A stretch of 64,000 nt of DNA, taken from assembly GCA_008632985.1 (NCBI GenBank), contig QPGO01000010.1, positions 372,001-436,000 on the forward strand, written 5' to 3'. The DNA is from Psammoneis japonica. Taxonomy: Eukaryota. A program made the translations under genes and the position numbers. Below, in pieces: positions 13,927 through 24,365 of this stretch; the stretch's first letter is position 1; each line of letters opens with the position of its first letter. Under the pieces are notes generated by a model, which saw only the letters and a program-made list of their open reading frames with translations, did no database searches and was not told where the DNA came from.

Positions 13927-14374
13927 GCACAGCACACAGCTCTGCCGGTGCAAAAAATTTGAAGCCCGTGTCGATCATGGACAATGACTCACTAAAACCA
14001 TCATCCCCACGAAAGATACAGAGATCAGATTGATTCTTACCAGTACAAAGCATGCTCACCGTGCCGGTGGCCAGCGGATAGCAGGTGCGGTCTTCAGGCA
14101 TTTTTCCGGTCATACCGGTACAAGCAAGAAGAGTGCCGTAAAAAAAGTGGGGGTGTCGTACGAATTTTTGGCGACAATAGGTGTGTGCGTGGTGGACGTA
14201 CCGGTAAGTACTGTAAGACGGCCGTGCGTTAGTTACTACGAGTACAACTACTTGAGAATCTGTCATAATACTCATAGCATACCGTACTGTACTCGCTCGT
14301 AGGATGTCGTTATTACGAAAAGAAGCCTACCGTAGAATGTCTATGACCTTGAGAATGGATTTTAGATTTGTGCC

Positions 14375-14796
14375 TGCCGTGCATGATGCACAAAAATTTA
14401 ACCCCGAGACATTTCCGTTGAGAAAACGTTACGCATAAACCAATACTAATAAAAGGTTACAAGAGGTCATCCAATCTTGTGGAGGAGGTCATAGGTCATT
14501 TTCGAAATTTTGAAAATGATTACCACGAGAAAAACTATGCCCCTCATTTTTTTCCCATTCCCATCGTCCTCCAAACTCGACCATTTCATGCCAATTGGTC
14601 AACACATCCTTTGGCATTTGTGTCGTCGTTATTGAGCAACATATTATTCAAGGAATTGATACCGAATAGTGGTTATCGAAGCGTAACTAACAAGAAACCT
14701 GCAAAGGGGAAGTCGTCGTCTCGTCCTGTGCTGAAGGTGAACAGGAAAAACTCATTGGACTAGTTGAAGGAAACGCTGTTTAGCACTTGTCCTAAG
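14375..14796 (+). promoter_or_regulatory. Upstream region of mucin gene A, co-duplicated with the region upstream of gene B
   Basis: Collinear similarity with 52051-52480 (AACCCCGAGAC…ATTTCCGTTGA, AAGAGGTCATC…AATCTTGTGGA, CGTCCTGTGCTGAAGGTGA, AGGAAAAACTCATTG). Promoter function is inferred from position only. Confidence 0.6.
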
Positions 14797-17700
14797 ATGA
14801 GGCTTTTAAGGGTGAGCTTGTGCCTTGCTTTGCTGCGCACAGGTTTGAGTCAGACTGATGAACCAAGTGACGTGCCTTCAACGATGCCCAGTGTTTTCCC
14901 TTCTGGCATGCCATCGGGAGCGCCAAGTGATGTTCCCTCGACAATGCCGAGCACCATGCCAAGCGCAGTGCCTTCGTCGACTCCGTCGGATGTTCCGAGT
15001 GGCATACCTTCGTCGACTCCATCAATGATGCCTTCCACCTTACCAAGCAGTGCTCCGTCGGGCATGCCGAGCAGCTCTCCTTCAGTGGTCCCCTCGACAA
15101 GCCCATCCGACATTCCCAGTGGCATGCCGAGTAAAACGCCTAGCGCCATGCCTTCAGGAGTACCGAGTGCTGTCCCTTCTGATCTTCCGTCCGTATTTCC
15201 GAGCAGCATGCCAAGCTCCATGCCTTCGTCAAATCCATCCTTGGCGCCATCGAGTCAGCCTTCGGAAGTACCGAGTGCGGCACCCAGTGATGTCCCCTCG
15301 ACTAGTCCATCAGCTCGACCAAGTGATGTGCCCTCTATGCAACCATCTACGGTGCCTTCGACAAGCCCGTCAGCTGTACCCAGTTCGGCACCCAGTGATG
15401 TCCCGTCGGCTAGTCCATCATCCCAGCCAAGTGACAACCCTTCTGCGCAACCGTCTACGGCGCCGTCAAAAAGCCCATCAGCTGTCCCCAGTTCAACACC
15501 CAGTGATATCCCGTCGGCTAGTCCATCGGCTCCGCCCAGTGATGTCCCTTCTGCGCAACCATCTATGGCTCCCTCAACAAGCCCGTCAGCTGTCCCCAGT
15601 TTGGCACCCAGTGACATGCCGTCGACCAGTCCTTCAGCCCAACCAAGTGATGTGCCTTCTGCGCAACCGTCTGCGGTGCCATCGACAAACCCGTCAGAAG
15701 TCCCAAGTTCGGCACCCAGTGACATGCCGTCGACTAGTCCATCAGCCCAACCAAGTGATGTGCCTTCTGCGCAACCGTCTGCGGTGCCATCGACAAGCCC
15801 GTCAGAAGTCCCCAGTTCGGCACCCAGTGAAATCCCGTCGGCAAGTCCATCAGCTCAACCAAGTGATGAACCGTCTGCGCAACCCTCTGCGGTGCCTTCA
15901 ACAAGCCCATCAGCTGTCCCCAGTTCGGCACCCAGTGACGTGCCGTCGACTAGTCCATCGGGTCAACCCAGTGATGTCCCTTCTTCGCAACCATCTACGG
16001 TGCCTTCAGCAAGCCCGTCAGAAGTTCCCAGTTCGGCACCCAGTGTTGTACCGTCGGCCAGTCCATCTACCCAACCAAGTGATACGCCTTCGGCACAACC
16101 GTCTACGGTGCCTTCAGCAAGCCCGTCAGAAGCTCCCAGTTCGGCACCCAGTAATGTGCCGTCGGCCAGTCCATCAACAAAACCAAGTGATACGCCTTCT
16201 GCGCAACCGTCTACGGTGCCGTCAACAAGCCCATCAGCTGTCCCCAGTTCGGCACCCAGTGACATCCCGTCGGCTAGTCCATCGGGTCAACCCAGTGATG
16301 CCCCTTCTGCGCAACCGTCTACGGCGCCTTCAACAAGCCCGTCAGCTGTCCCCAGTTCGGCACCCAGTGACATGCCGTCGACTAGTCCATCAGCCCAACC
16401 AAGTGATGCGCCTTCGGCACAACCGTCTACGGTGCCATCAACAAGCCCGTCAGAAGTTCCCAGTTCGGCACCCAGTGATGTGCCGTCGGCTAGTCCATCA
16501 TCCCAGCCAAGTGACACCCCTTCTGCGCAACCGTCTACGGTGCCGTCAAAAAGCCCATCAGCTGTCCCCAGTTCAGCACCCAGTGATATCCCGTCGACTA
16601 GTCCATCGGCTCAGCCCAGTGATGTCCCTTCTGCGCAACCATCTACGGTGCCTTCAACAAGCCCGTCAGAAGTTCCCAGTTCGGCACCCAGTGATATACC
16701 GTCGGCCAGTCCATCTACCCAACCAAGTGATACGCCTTCGGCACAACCGTCTACGGTGCCTTCAGCAAGCCCGTCAGAAGTTCCCAGTTCGGCACCCAGT
16801 AATGTGCCGTCGGCCAGTCCATCAACAAAACCAAGTGATACGCCTTCTGCGCAACCGTCTACGGTGCCGTCAACAAGCCCATCAGCTGTCCCCAGTTCGG
16901 CACCCAGTGACATCCCGTCGGCTAGTCCATCGGGTCAACCCAGTGATGCCCCTTCTGCGCAACCGTCTACGGCGCCTTCAACAAGCCCGTCAGCTGTCCC
17001 CAGTTCGGCACCCAGTGACATGCCGTCGACTAGTCCATCAGCCCAACCAAGTGATGCGCCTTCGGCACAACCGTCTACGGTGCCTTCAACAAGCCCGTCA
17101 GAAGTTCCCAGTTCGGCACCCAGTGATGTGCCGTCGGCTAGTCCATCATCCCAGCCAAGTGACACCCCTTCTGCGCAACCATCTACGGTGCCGTCAAAAA
17201 GCCCATCAGCTATCCCCAGTTCAGCACCCAGTGATATCCCGTCGGCTAGTCCGTCGGCTCAGCCCAGTGATGTCCCTTCTGCGCAACCGTCTATGGCTCC
17301 TTCAACAAGCCCGTCAGCTGTCCCCAGTTCGGCACCAAGTAACATGCCGTCGACCAGTCCTTCAGCCCAACCAAGTGATGTGCCTTCTGCGCAACCGTCT
17401 GCGGTGCCATCAACAAGCCCGTCAGAAGTCCCCAGTTCGGCACCCAGTGACATGCCGTCGACTAGTCCATCAGCCCAACCAAGTGATGCGCCTTCGGCAC
17501 AACCGTCTACGGTGCCTTCAACAAGCCCTTCAGAATTTCCCAGTTCGGCCCCCAGTGATATACCGTCGGCTAGTCCATCATCCCAGCCAAGTGACACCCC
17601 TTCTGCGCAACCGTCTACGGTGCCATCGACAAGCCCGTCAGAAGTCCCCAGTTCGGCACCCAGTGACATCCCGTCGGCAAGTCCATCAGCTCAACCAAGT

Positions 17701-20700
17701 GATACGCCTTCTGCGCAACCGTCTGCGGTGCCTTCAATAAGCCCATCAGCTGTCCCCAGCTCGGCACCCAGTGATATACCGTCGGCTAGTCCATCCGCTG
17801 AACCCAGTAGCGTGCCATCCTCGACACCTTCAGCCGTACCTTCAACAAGCCCGTCAGCAGTCCCGAGTTCTTCACCAAGTGATATCCCGTCGATTAGCCC
17901 ATCAGCTGAACCCAGTAGCGTGCCTTCCTCGACACCTTCAACGGTGCCTTCAACGAGCCCGTCAGCGGTCCCGACTTCTGCACCAAGTAACGTTCCGTCG
18001 ACCAGTCCATCAGCCGAACCAAGCGACACCCCTTCTGCGCAACCGTCTGCGGTGCCATCAACAAGCCCGTCAGCTGTCCCGAGTTCTTCACCAAGTGGTA
18101 TTCCGTCGAATAGTCCATCGGCTAAACCCAGTAACGTGCCATCCTCAACGCCTTCAACGGTGCCTTCAACAAGGCCATCAGCTCCCCCAAGTTCGGCACC
18201 CAGCGAGTCTCCTTCGACTAGTCCATCCGCACAACCGTCTACGGCGCCTTCAACAGGCCCATCAGCTGTCCCAAGTTCGGAACCCACTAGTATCCCATCA
18301 ACTAGTCCGTCAGCGGAACCGAGTAGCGTGCCATCCTCGACACCCTCAATGATGCCTTCTTCAAGCCCATCCGCTCCCCCAAGTTTGGCACCCAGTGAGG
18401 CTCCTTCGACTAGTCCATCCGCACAACCGTCTACGGCGCCTTCTATAGACCCATCAGCTGTCCCAAGTTCGGCCCCCACTAGTATCCCATCAACTAGTCC
18501 CTCAGCTGAACCGAGTAGCGTGCCATCCTCGACACCCTCAATGGTGCCTTCAATAAACCCATCAGCCGCCCCAAGTTCGGCACCCAGTGAGGCGCCGTCG
18601 AATAGTCCATCAGAGGGACCGAGTAGCCAGTTGTCCTCGACACCTTCGACGGCACCTTCGAGAAGCCCATCAATTGTCCCAAGTTTGCCACCCAGTGAGG
18701 GACCATCGACTAGTCCATCCACTCAACCAAGTGATTGGCCTTCTTTGCGACCGTCTTCGGTGCCTTCAACAAGCCCATCTACGGACCTTAGTTCGGCACC
18801 CAGCACAATCCCGTCGGCTAGTCCGTCAGCTGGACCGAGTAGCATGCCATCCTCGGCACCTTCAGTGGTACCTTCGACAAGCCCATCAGCAGCCCCAAGT
18901 TCGGCTCCCAGCCATGTGATGACGGCGATGCCATCTGATGTACCCAGCACAAAACCAAGCAACGAGCCGACAGACCAGTCAAGCGCTGTTCCGAGTGGAT
19001 CTCCCAGTAACACACCTAGTGCGTCACCATCTGTGTCCAGTGCCGTACCGTCTAAATCCCCTTCAGCGGTTCCAAGCACAACACCGTCTGAAGAAGGCAG
19101 TTCATCGCCATCCGGAACACCGTCCAATGTACCGTCTACATCGGCGCCACCATCTGGCTTACCGAGCGCTGTACCATCATTGGCCCCTTCCTCAAGCAAT
19201 GAACCGTCTGTGACACCGATCTTTGCTCCCTCATCAGCTCCTAGCAATGCACCATCGTCGCAACCATCGGCTGTACCATCAGACGCCCCTTCAGCGGTTC
19301 CAAGCGCAACGCCAACCGGTGTAGACAGCGCAGCGCCATCAACGGCTCCTAGCGATGCACCATCGTCGAAACCGTCGGCTGTGTCTAGTGCGGTACCATC
19401 GGACGCCCCTTCAGTGGTTCCAAGCGTAACGCCAACTGGAGGAGACAGTGCAGCGCCATCACGGTCTCCCAGTAGTACACCATCGTCAAAACCGTCAGCT
19501 GTGCCTATTGTGGTACCGTCAGATGCCCCTTCATCGGTTCCAAGTGTAACGCCAACTGGAGGAGACAGTGCAGCGCCATCAACGGCTCCTAGCGATGCAC
19601 CATCATCGAAAACATCGGCTGTACCATCAGACGCCCCTTCAGCGGCTCCAAGCGTAGCGCCAACCGAAGTAGACAGCGCAGCACCATCAGCGGCTCCTAG
19701 CAATGCACCATCGTCCAAACCATCGGCTTTTCCATCAGACGCCCCTTCTGAGGTTCCAAGCGGAACACCATCCGGAGTAGACAGCGCAGCGCCATCAACG
19801 GCTCCTAGCAATGTACCATCGTCGCAACCATCGGCTGTACCATCAGACGCCCCTTCCGCGGTTCCAAGCGTAACGCCAACTGGAGGAGACAGTGCAGCGC
19901 CATCAAGGTCTCCCAGCAGTGCACCATCGTCGAAACCGTCGGCTGTGCCTAGTGCGGCACCATCAGACGCCCCTTCAGCAGCTCCAAGCGAAACGCCAAC
20001 TGGAGGAGACAGCGCAGCGCCATCAAGGTCTCCCAGCAGTGCACCATCGTCAAAACCATCGGCTGTGTCTAGTACGGTACCATCAGACGCCCCTTCAGCG
20101 GTTCCTAGCGTAACGCCAACTGGAGGAGACAGTGCAGCGCCATCAAGGTCTCCCAGCAGTGCACCATCGTCGAAACCATCGGCTTTGCCTAGTGCGGTAC
20201 CATCAGATGCCCCTTCAACGGTTCCAAGCTATAAACCGTCTGAAGAAGGCAGTTCAGTGCCATCGGGGACACCGTCCAATGTGCCGTCCGCAGTACCAAC
20301 ACTAGCTCCTTCTTTGGCACCAAGCAATTCACCGTCTGCATCGGTGCCACCATCTAGCTTACCGAGCGCAGTGCCGTCCTTGGCTCCTTCATCGAGCAAT
20401 GAACCGTCCATGGCACCGTTTTTCGCCCCCTCATCGGCTCCTAGCAATACACCATCGTCGAAACCGTCGACTGTGCCTAGTGCAGCACCATCAGACGCCC
20501 CTTCAGCGGCTCCAAGCGTATCGCCAACTGGAGGAGACAGTGCAGCGCCATCAACGGCTCCTAGCGACGCACCATCGGCGGTGCCTAATGCGGCGCCATC
20601 AGACGCCCCTTCAGCGACTCCAAGCGTAACGCCAACTGGAGGAGACAGTGCAGCGCCATCAAGGTCTCCTAGCAACTCACCATCGTCGAAACCGTCCGCG

Positions 20701-22638
20701 GTGCATAGTGCGGGACCATCAGATGCCCCTTCAGCGGTTCCAAGCTACAAACCGTCTGAAGAAGACAGTTCAGTGCCATCGGGGACACCGTCCAATGTGC
20801 CGTCCACAGTACCATCATTAGCTCCTTCTTTGGCACCAAGCATTTCACCGTCTACATCGGCACCACCATCTAGCTTACCAAGCACAGTACCATCACTGGC
20901 CCCTTCGTCGAGCAACGAACCTTCCATGGCACCGTTCTTCGCGCCTTCATCGGCTCCTAGCAATGCACCATCGTCAAAACCGTCGGCTGTGCCTAGTGCA
21001 GCACCATCAGACGCCCCTTCAGCGGTCCCAAGCGTGTCGCCAACGGGAGGAGACAGTGCAGCGCCAAGCATCGAGCCGACAGGAAAGCCAAGCGGTATTC
21101 CCACTGGATCTCCTAGTAACACACCTAGCGTGACGCCGTCGTCCTCGCCGTCGGGTGTGTTTGCCGTACCTTCTAGAATCCCAAGCAGTGTACCATCAGT
21201 TTCGCCGTCGGCAACTCCAAGTCGTCTACCAAGTGCAGTACCTTCAGAAAAGCCTTCCTTTGCTCCATCTACGTCGCCCTCCGTTCCCACTTTCGAGCCC
21301 CCACCGCCTGACCCAACGACGTTCATTGAACTGGTTCCTTCCTCAGAAAACCTTACGCCAGCTGTGGTAGAGGAAGGCAAGCCCATGGTGATGAGATACT
21401 TTGTGTCCAACACGGGAGATCGTAGACTTATAAATGTTCGAGTACGAGAGACTTCCAATGCTCCCGTCTTTTATGAGAGCGGCGATTCGAATAATAATAA
21501 CCGACTCGATGTAAATGAGACGTGGACCTACCGTGTCGAAAAGGTGGCTAAACCCGGCGATAACACCGTCAATTTGAGAGCCAGAGGCAGGGCAAGGAGG
21601 ACAAACTGGAGAGCAACGATATCCGAGGATTTCTTTGGTGTCGCGTCGGCTGTTAACATCGACGTTACAGCAAACAATGGTAATGGCTTGACAATCGCAC
21701 CAGGGGAGACAGTTGTGTTTGATTACACTGTCACGAACGGAGGCAACGTTCCCCTCTCCAATGTTCAAGTGTATGATAGTACGCTCAATAAATTTCTGAC
21801 GCTGGCAGGAGGAGACACAAATAATGACGGAAAGCTTGACCTTGACGAGGTTTGGCGATACGCAGAAACCGGTACTGCAGGCACTGGTAGGTATGAAACC
21901 ACCGCTACCGTTACAGCCGAGTACATGGAGAACGGCTTGGATCTTGATGCTGACGATTCGGACAGGACATCGTATAGCAATGTGGCCGTAGGTTGCAGTG
22001 TAAGATTCTGGAAGAAGAACACTGACCAGTGGGACCCGTACAATCCAAACGAGTTGTTCAGGAACGTGGTTGGCATCAAGGCCTATGGAAGGAAATCACT
22101 GCAAAAGGTGTTGACACAAGGAGGCACTACCAGGCGTGGTCTCGGGAGGCAGACAGTGGCTGCTCTTTTGAATGTGGAGAAAGGCAATTACCCATTAGAG
22201 AAGAATGAGATAATTGATGCCTTTGTTGACGCGTTCAGCAGCCGAAACGAGCAAAACTATGCTTCACTGAGAGACACCTTAAAGGCTTTCAACAACAATG
22301 GAGAATGCCCGTTGGATCCCGATCCGCCGCCGCCACGTCCTACTCCTCGGCCTGGTCCCCGTCCGACTCCTCGGCCCGGTCCCCCACCTCGTCCCCGACG
22401 TCCTCCCCGCCCGTCATCCCGACCTCGGGGAAATGGCAATTTGTCCTGGAGGAGACGACTGCAAGAGACCTTGCCGGACGACCGAGTCCTTGAACCCGGT
22501 CGCCCTGGGAGAAGCAACGGTAAAGGAGGCAAAGGTGCAACAAGGGACGCCTTGACGGATGGCACGGGTACTGCTGCACGAGGTGGGCAACGTAAGCTTC
22601 GACGACCTTCACGAAGATTCCGCGACAAAAGGGGATAA
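14797..22638 (+). CDS. Giant secreted Pro/Ser/Thr-rich mucin-like adhesin A (signal peptide, PSxx stalk, two DUF11/DUF7507-like Ig repeats, GCx(3)FWK…CPL domain, Pro/Arg-rich tail)
   Basis: Single uninterrupted ORF from ATG 14797 ([19 protein letters not shown], signal-peptide-like) to TAA 22636-22638. More than 2100 aa of PSxx tetrapeptides; [18 protein letters not shown]…GDTNNDGKLDLDEVWRY motifs. Confidence 0.88.
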   Translation: MRLLRVSLCLALLRTGLSQTDEPSDVPSTMPSVFPSGMPSGAPSDVPSTMPSTMPSAVPSSTPSDVPSGIPSSTPSMMPSTLPSSAPSGMPSSSPSVVPSTSPSDIPSGMPSKTPSAMPSGVPSAVPSDLPSVFPSSMPSSMPSSNPSLAPSSQPSEVPSAAPSDVPSTSPSARPSDVPSMQPSTVPSTSPSAVPSSAPSDVPSASPSSQPSDNPSAQPSTAPSKSPSAVPSSTPSDIPSASPSAPPSDVPSAQPSMAPSTSPSAVPSLAPSDMPSTSPSAQPSDVPSAQPSAVPSTNPSEVPSSAPSDMPSTSPSAQPSDVPSAQPSAVPSTSPSEVPSSAPSEIPSASPSAQPSDEPSAQPSAVPSTSPSAVPSSAPSDVPSTSPSGQPSDVPSSQPSTVPSASPSEVPSSAPSVVPSASPSTQPSDTPSAQPSTVPSASPSEAPSSAPSNVPSASPSTKPSDTPSAQPSTVPSTSPSAVPSSAPSDIPSASPSGQPSDAPSAQPSTAPSTSPSAVPSSAPSDMPSTSPSAQPSDAPSAQPSTVPSTSPSEVPSSAPSDVPSASPSSQPSDTPSAQPSTVPSKSPSAVPSSAPSDIPSTSPSAQPSDVPSAQPSTVPSTSPSEVPSSAPSDIPSASPSTQPSDTPSAQPSTVPSASPSEVPSSAPSNVPSASPSTKPSDTPSAQPSTVPSTSPSAVPSSAPSDIPSASPSGQPSDAPSAQPSTAPSTSPSAVPSSAPSDMPSTSPSAQPSDAPSAQPSTVPSTSPSEVPSSAPSDVPSASPSSQPSDTPSAQPSTVPSKSPSAIPSSAPSDIPSASPSAQPSDVPSAQPSMAPSTSPSAVPSSAPSNMPSTSPSAQPSDVPSAQPSAVPSTSPSEVPSSAPSDMPSTSPSAQPSDAPSAQPSTVPSTSPSEFPSSAPSDIPSASPSSQPSDTPSAQPSTVPSTSPSEVPSSAPSDIPSASPSAQPSDTPSAQPSAVPSISPSAVPSSAPSDIPSASPSAEPSSVPSSTPSAVPSTSPSAVPSSSPSDIPSISPSAEPSSVPSSTPSTVPSTSPSAVPTSAPSNVPSTSPSAEPSDTPSAQPSAVPSTSPSAVPSSSPSGIPSNSPSAKPSNVPSSTPSTVPSTRPSAPPSSAPSESPSTSPSAQPSTAPSTGPSAVPSSEPTSIPSTSPSAEPSSVPSSTPSMMPSSSPSAPPSLAPSEAPSTSPSAQPSTAPSIDPSAVPSSAPTSIPSTSPSAEPSSVPSSTPSMVPSINPSAAPSSAPSEAPSNSPSEGPSSQLSSTPSTAPSRSPSIVPSLPPSEGPSTSPSTQPSDWPSLRPSSVPSTSPSTDLSSAPSTIPSASPSAGPSSMPSSAPSVVPSTSPSAAPSSAPSHVMTAMPSDVPSTKPSNEPTDQSSAVPSGSPSNTPSASPSVSSAVPSKSPSAVPSTTPSEEGSSSPSGTPSNVPSTSAPPSGLPSAVPSLAPSSSNEPSVTPIFAPSSAPSNAPSSQPSAVPSDAPSAVPSATPTGVDSAAPSTAPSDAPSSKPSAVSSAVPSDAPSVVPSVTPTGGDSAAPSRSPSSTPSSKPSAVPIVVPSDAPSSVPSVTPTGGDSAAPSTAPSDAPSSKTSAVPSDAPSAAPSVAPTEVDSAAPSAAPSNAPSSKPSAFPSDAPSEVPSGTPSGVDSAAPSTAPSNVPSSQPSAVPSDAPSAVPSVTPTGGDSAAPSRSPSSAPSSKPSAVPSAAPSDAPSAAPSETPTGGDSAAPSRSPSSAPSSKPSAVSSTVPSDAPSAVPSVTPTGGDSAAPSRSPSSAPSSKPSALPSAVPSDAPSTVPSYKPSEEGSSVPSGTPSNVPSAVPTLAPSLAPSNSPSASVPPSSLPSAVPSLAPSSSNEPSMAPFFAPSSAPSNTPSSKPSTVPSAAPSDAPSAAPSVSPTGGDSAAPSTAPSDAPSAVPNAAPSDAPSATPSVTPTGGDSAAPSRSPSNSPSSKPSAVHSAGPSDAPSAVPSYKPSEEDSSVPSGTPSNVPSTVPSLAPSLAPSISPSTSAPPSSLPSTVPSLAPSSSNEPSMAPFFAPSSAPSNAPSSKPSAVPSAAPSDAPSAVPSVSPTGGDSAAPSIEPTGKPSGIPTGSPSNTPSVTPSSSPSGVFAVPSRIPSSVPSVSPSATPSRLPSAVPSEKPSFAPSTSPSVPTFEPPPPDPTTFIELVPSSENLTPAVVEEGKPMVMRYFVSNTGDRRLINVRVRETSNAPVFYESGDSNNNNRLDVNETWTYRVEKVAKPGDNTVNLRARGRARRTNWRATISEDFFGVASAVNIDVTANNGNGLTIAPGETVVFDYTVTNGGNVPLSNVQVYDSTLNKFLTLAGGDTNNDGKLDLDEVWRYAETGTAGTGRYETTATVTAEYMENGLDLDADDSDRTSYSNVAVGCSVRFWKKNTDQWDPYNPNELFRNVVGIKAYGRKSLQKVLTQGGTTRRGLGRQTVAALLNVEKGNYPLEKNEIIDAFVDAFSSRNEQNYASLRDTLKAFNNNGECPLDPDPPPPRPTPRPGPRPTPRPGPPPRPRRPPRPSSRPRGNGNLSWRRRLQETLPDDRVLEPGRPGRSNGKGGKGATRDALTDGTGTAARGGQRKLRRPSRRFRDKRG
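14863..21290 (+). repeat. Coding minisatellite: 12-bp PSxx unit, 108-bp (36-aa) higher-order unit, 648-bp block duplication
   Basis: GAAGTTCCCAGTTCGGCACCCAGT…CCATCTACCCAACC recurs at 16021 and 16669 (648 = 6x108). The distal part switches to [12 protein letters not shown] units. Confidence 0.9.
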
Positions 22639-23172
22639 TGTTGAATGGAATGCGTAGGTTGAAAACTGCGCGATGTATAGGGGATGAGAAACGTCCCGAA
22701 GCTGTTGTGTCTCATGACAAACGTTCTGGAATATTCCATACAAGTTCAGACAACGAGCTTCACAATATTCGTTACTGCATTTACCTGGCAGTTTGGATAC
22801 AGCGACCCTTCTGACAGATAACAGTTAGTGTTTGGGTCTCGGCTGTTGCTGGTACTGTACGCTACGAATGTTTGTTACATTTTCGTGTTTGAACTTTTCT
22901 ATAGAATTTGAAAATACATTTTCATCTCGCATGTAAGATTCAATTGTAGCACGGGCTCTTGCTGCTTTCAGAAGGACGAGAGAAGCTTGTCTTGAGCTGA
23001 TCGTTGCATGATTCTGCATACTGTATTATTACTCGAGCATGACCATACGGTATCCCATGGCCCATGGGACAAGTACAAATCAAAACACACACACAACACC
23101 AACAACACAACCTCGTGAAAACGGTTGTACATTGAATGACCTGCGTTGCGGTCGTTGAGCTCCTCGTCAATG

Positions 23173-23612
23173 CTCAACGCATTCTTCCTCTGATGTTGGG
23201 AAAAATCAACGCATCCAACGCTTCTACCGTAAATGTTCATTGATTCATATTTGTATGTTCATTTTCTCATCGTGGCCCAGCAATTCGCAATTGTGGCCCA
23301 GCAATTCGCAATTGTGGCCCACTCTCAACGCATTCTTCTTAATTGTTGGGCAACAATTCAACGCATCCAACGCATCCAACGCTTTTACTGTAACTACATA
23401 TGCTCATTGATTAATGTTTGTATGTTCATTTTCTCATCGTGGCCCAGCAATTCGCAACTGTGGCCCACTCTCAGCGCACTCTTCTCAGTTGTTGGGCAAC
23501 AATTCAACACGCAGCCAACGCAGCCAACGCTTTTGCTGTGGCTGTGCTCATTGGTTGATGTTTGCATGTTCATTTTCTCATTGTGGCCCAGCAATTCTCA
23601 ATCGCGGCCCAG
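23173..23612. repeat. Three-copy ~146-bp tandem repeat straddling the edge of a TpA-depleted domain
   Basis: Copies start at about 23173, 23322 and 23468 (CTCAACGCATTCTTC…GTTGGG…ATGTTCATTTTCTCATCGTGGCCCAGCAATT). Confidence 0.9.
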
Positions 23613-23629
23613 TCTCTGCTCTCAGAGCT

Positions 23630-24365
23630 CTTGTTCCTGTGAACTCCGGACCGCTTGGAAGTTGGGCAGCAGCACAGCGACGGCAGCAGACGCACCGCCC
23701 AATGACAGAAAAACAGAGTTGGAAAAAAGCGGCTTCGTTTGGGATGTTTTCAAAAATCTGTGGGAGAAACAGTGTGAGAATCTGTTGCTGCACATTGCAG
23801 TTCATGGAGACAGCAAGTGTCGCGACTTGTTGTGCTTCGATTCGTTTCTTTTCTTGTCACAATGATCTGAGTGTCTTTTCATTTTTCTGCGCTTTGCTGG
23901 CAGCGTCAGTTCCCAGTGTGGATGAGACAGGTCTTGGGCCATGGGTGTTATGACAGAGGCAGGAGAAGGACACCATGCCTTCTGAGAGACGTCAAAAGCC
24001 AGACGACGTTGGATGTGTTTGGGGTGTTTCCGACTGCCTTTGGAGTGAAAAATTCCAACAGCTGTGTCAGCACCGCGAGACTCATGGAGACAGCAAGTGT
24101 GGCCATTTGTTGCACTTTGGCTGCTCTGATTTGGTTGTCTAATGTTCTGCTCTGTGCACCTCGTTTTTCTGGCATTGCAGCGTTGGTTCCCACCAGAACG
24201 GTTCTTGGGTCATGGGCAAATGCACAAAGGCAAAACAAGGACGGCATGTCAGCGGAACAATGTCAAAAGCTGGAGGACATCAGGTTTGTTTGGGACATTC
24301 TTGACTGCTCTTGGAACGAGAACTGCCAATGGCTGCGCCAGTGCCGCCAGGCTCATGGATGCAGC
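23630..24365 (+). pseudogene. Helicase-associated (HA, PF03457-like) repeat protein pseudogene
   Basis: Three repeats of VP…LGxWxxxQR…LExxGFVWD…W…L…HGD, with same-phase introns at 23813-23903, 24093-24180 and from 24364. In-frame TGA (probably from CGA) and a frameshift are present. Confidence 0.85.

Larger units (their letters stand above)
7575..13990. other. TpA- and CpG-depleted domain 1
   Basis: TA nearly absent by eye (I find a single TA in 9241-9600). Translated ORFs essentially lack Tyr (ORF 9016-9987 has none in 323 aa) and are Cys/His rich. Confidence 0.9.

Noticed and set aside
14863..21290. Regular repeats as a CRISPR array
   Set aside because: In-frame coding repeats with no unique spacers and no cas genes; eukaryotic context.
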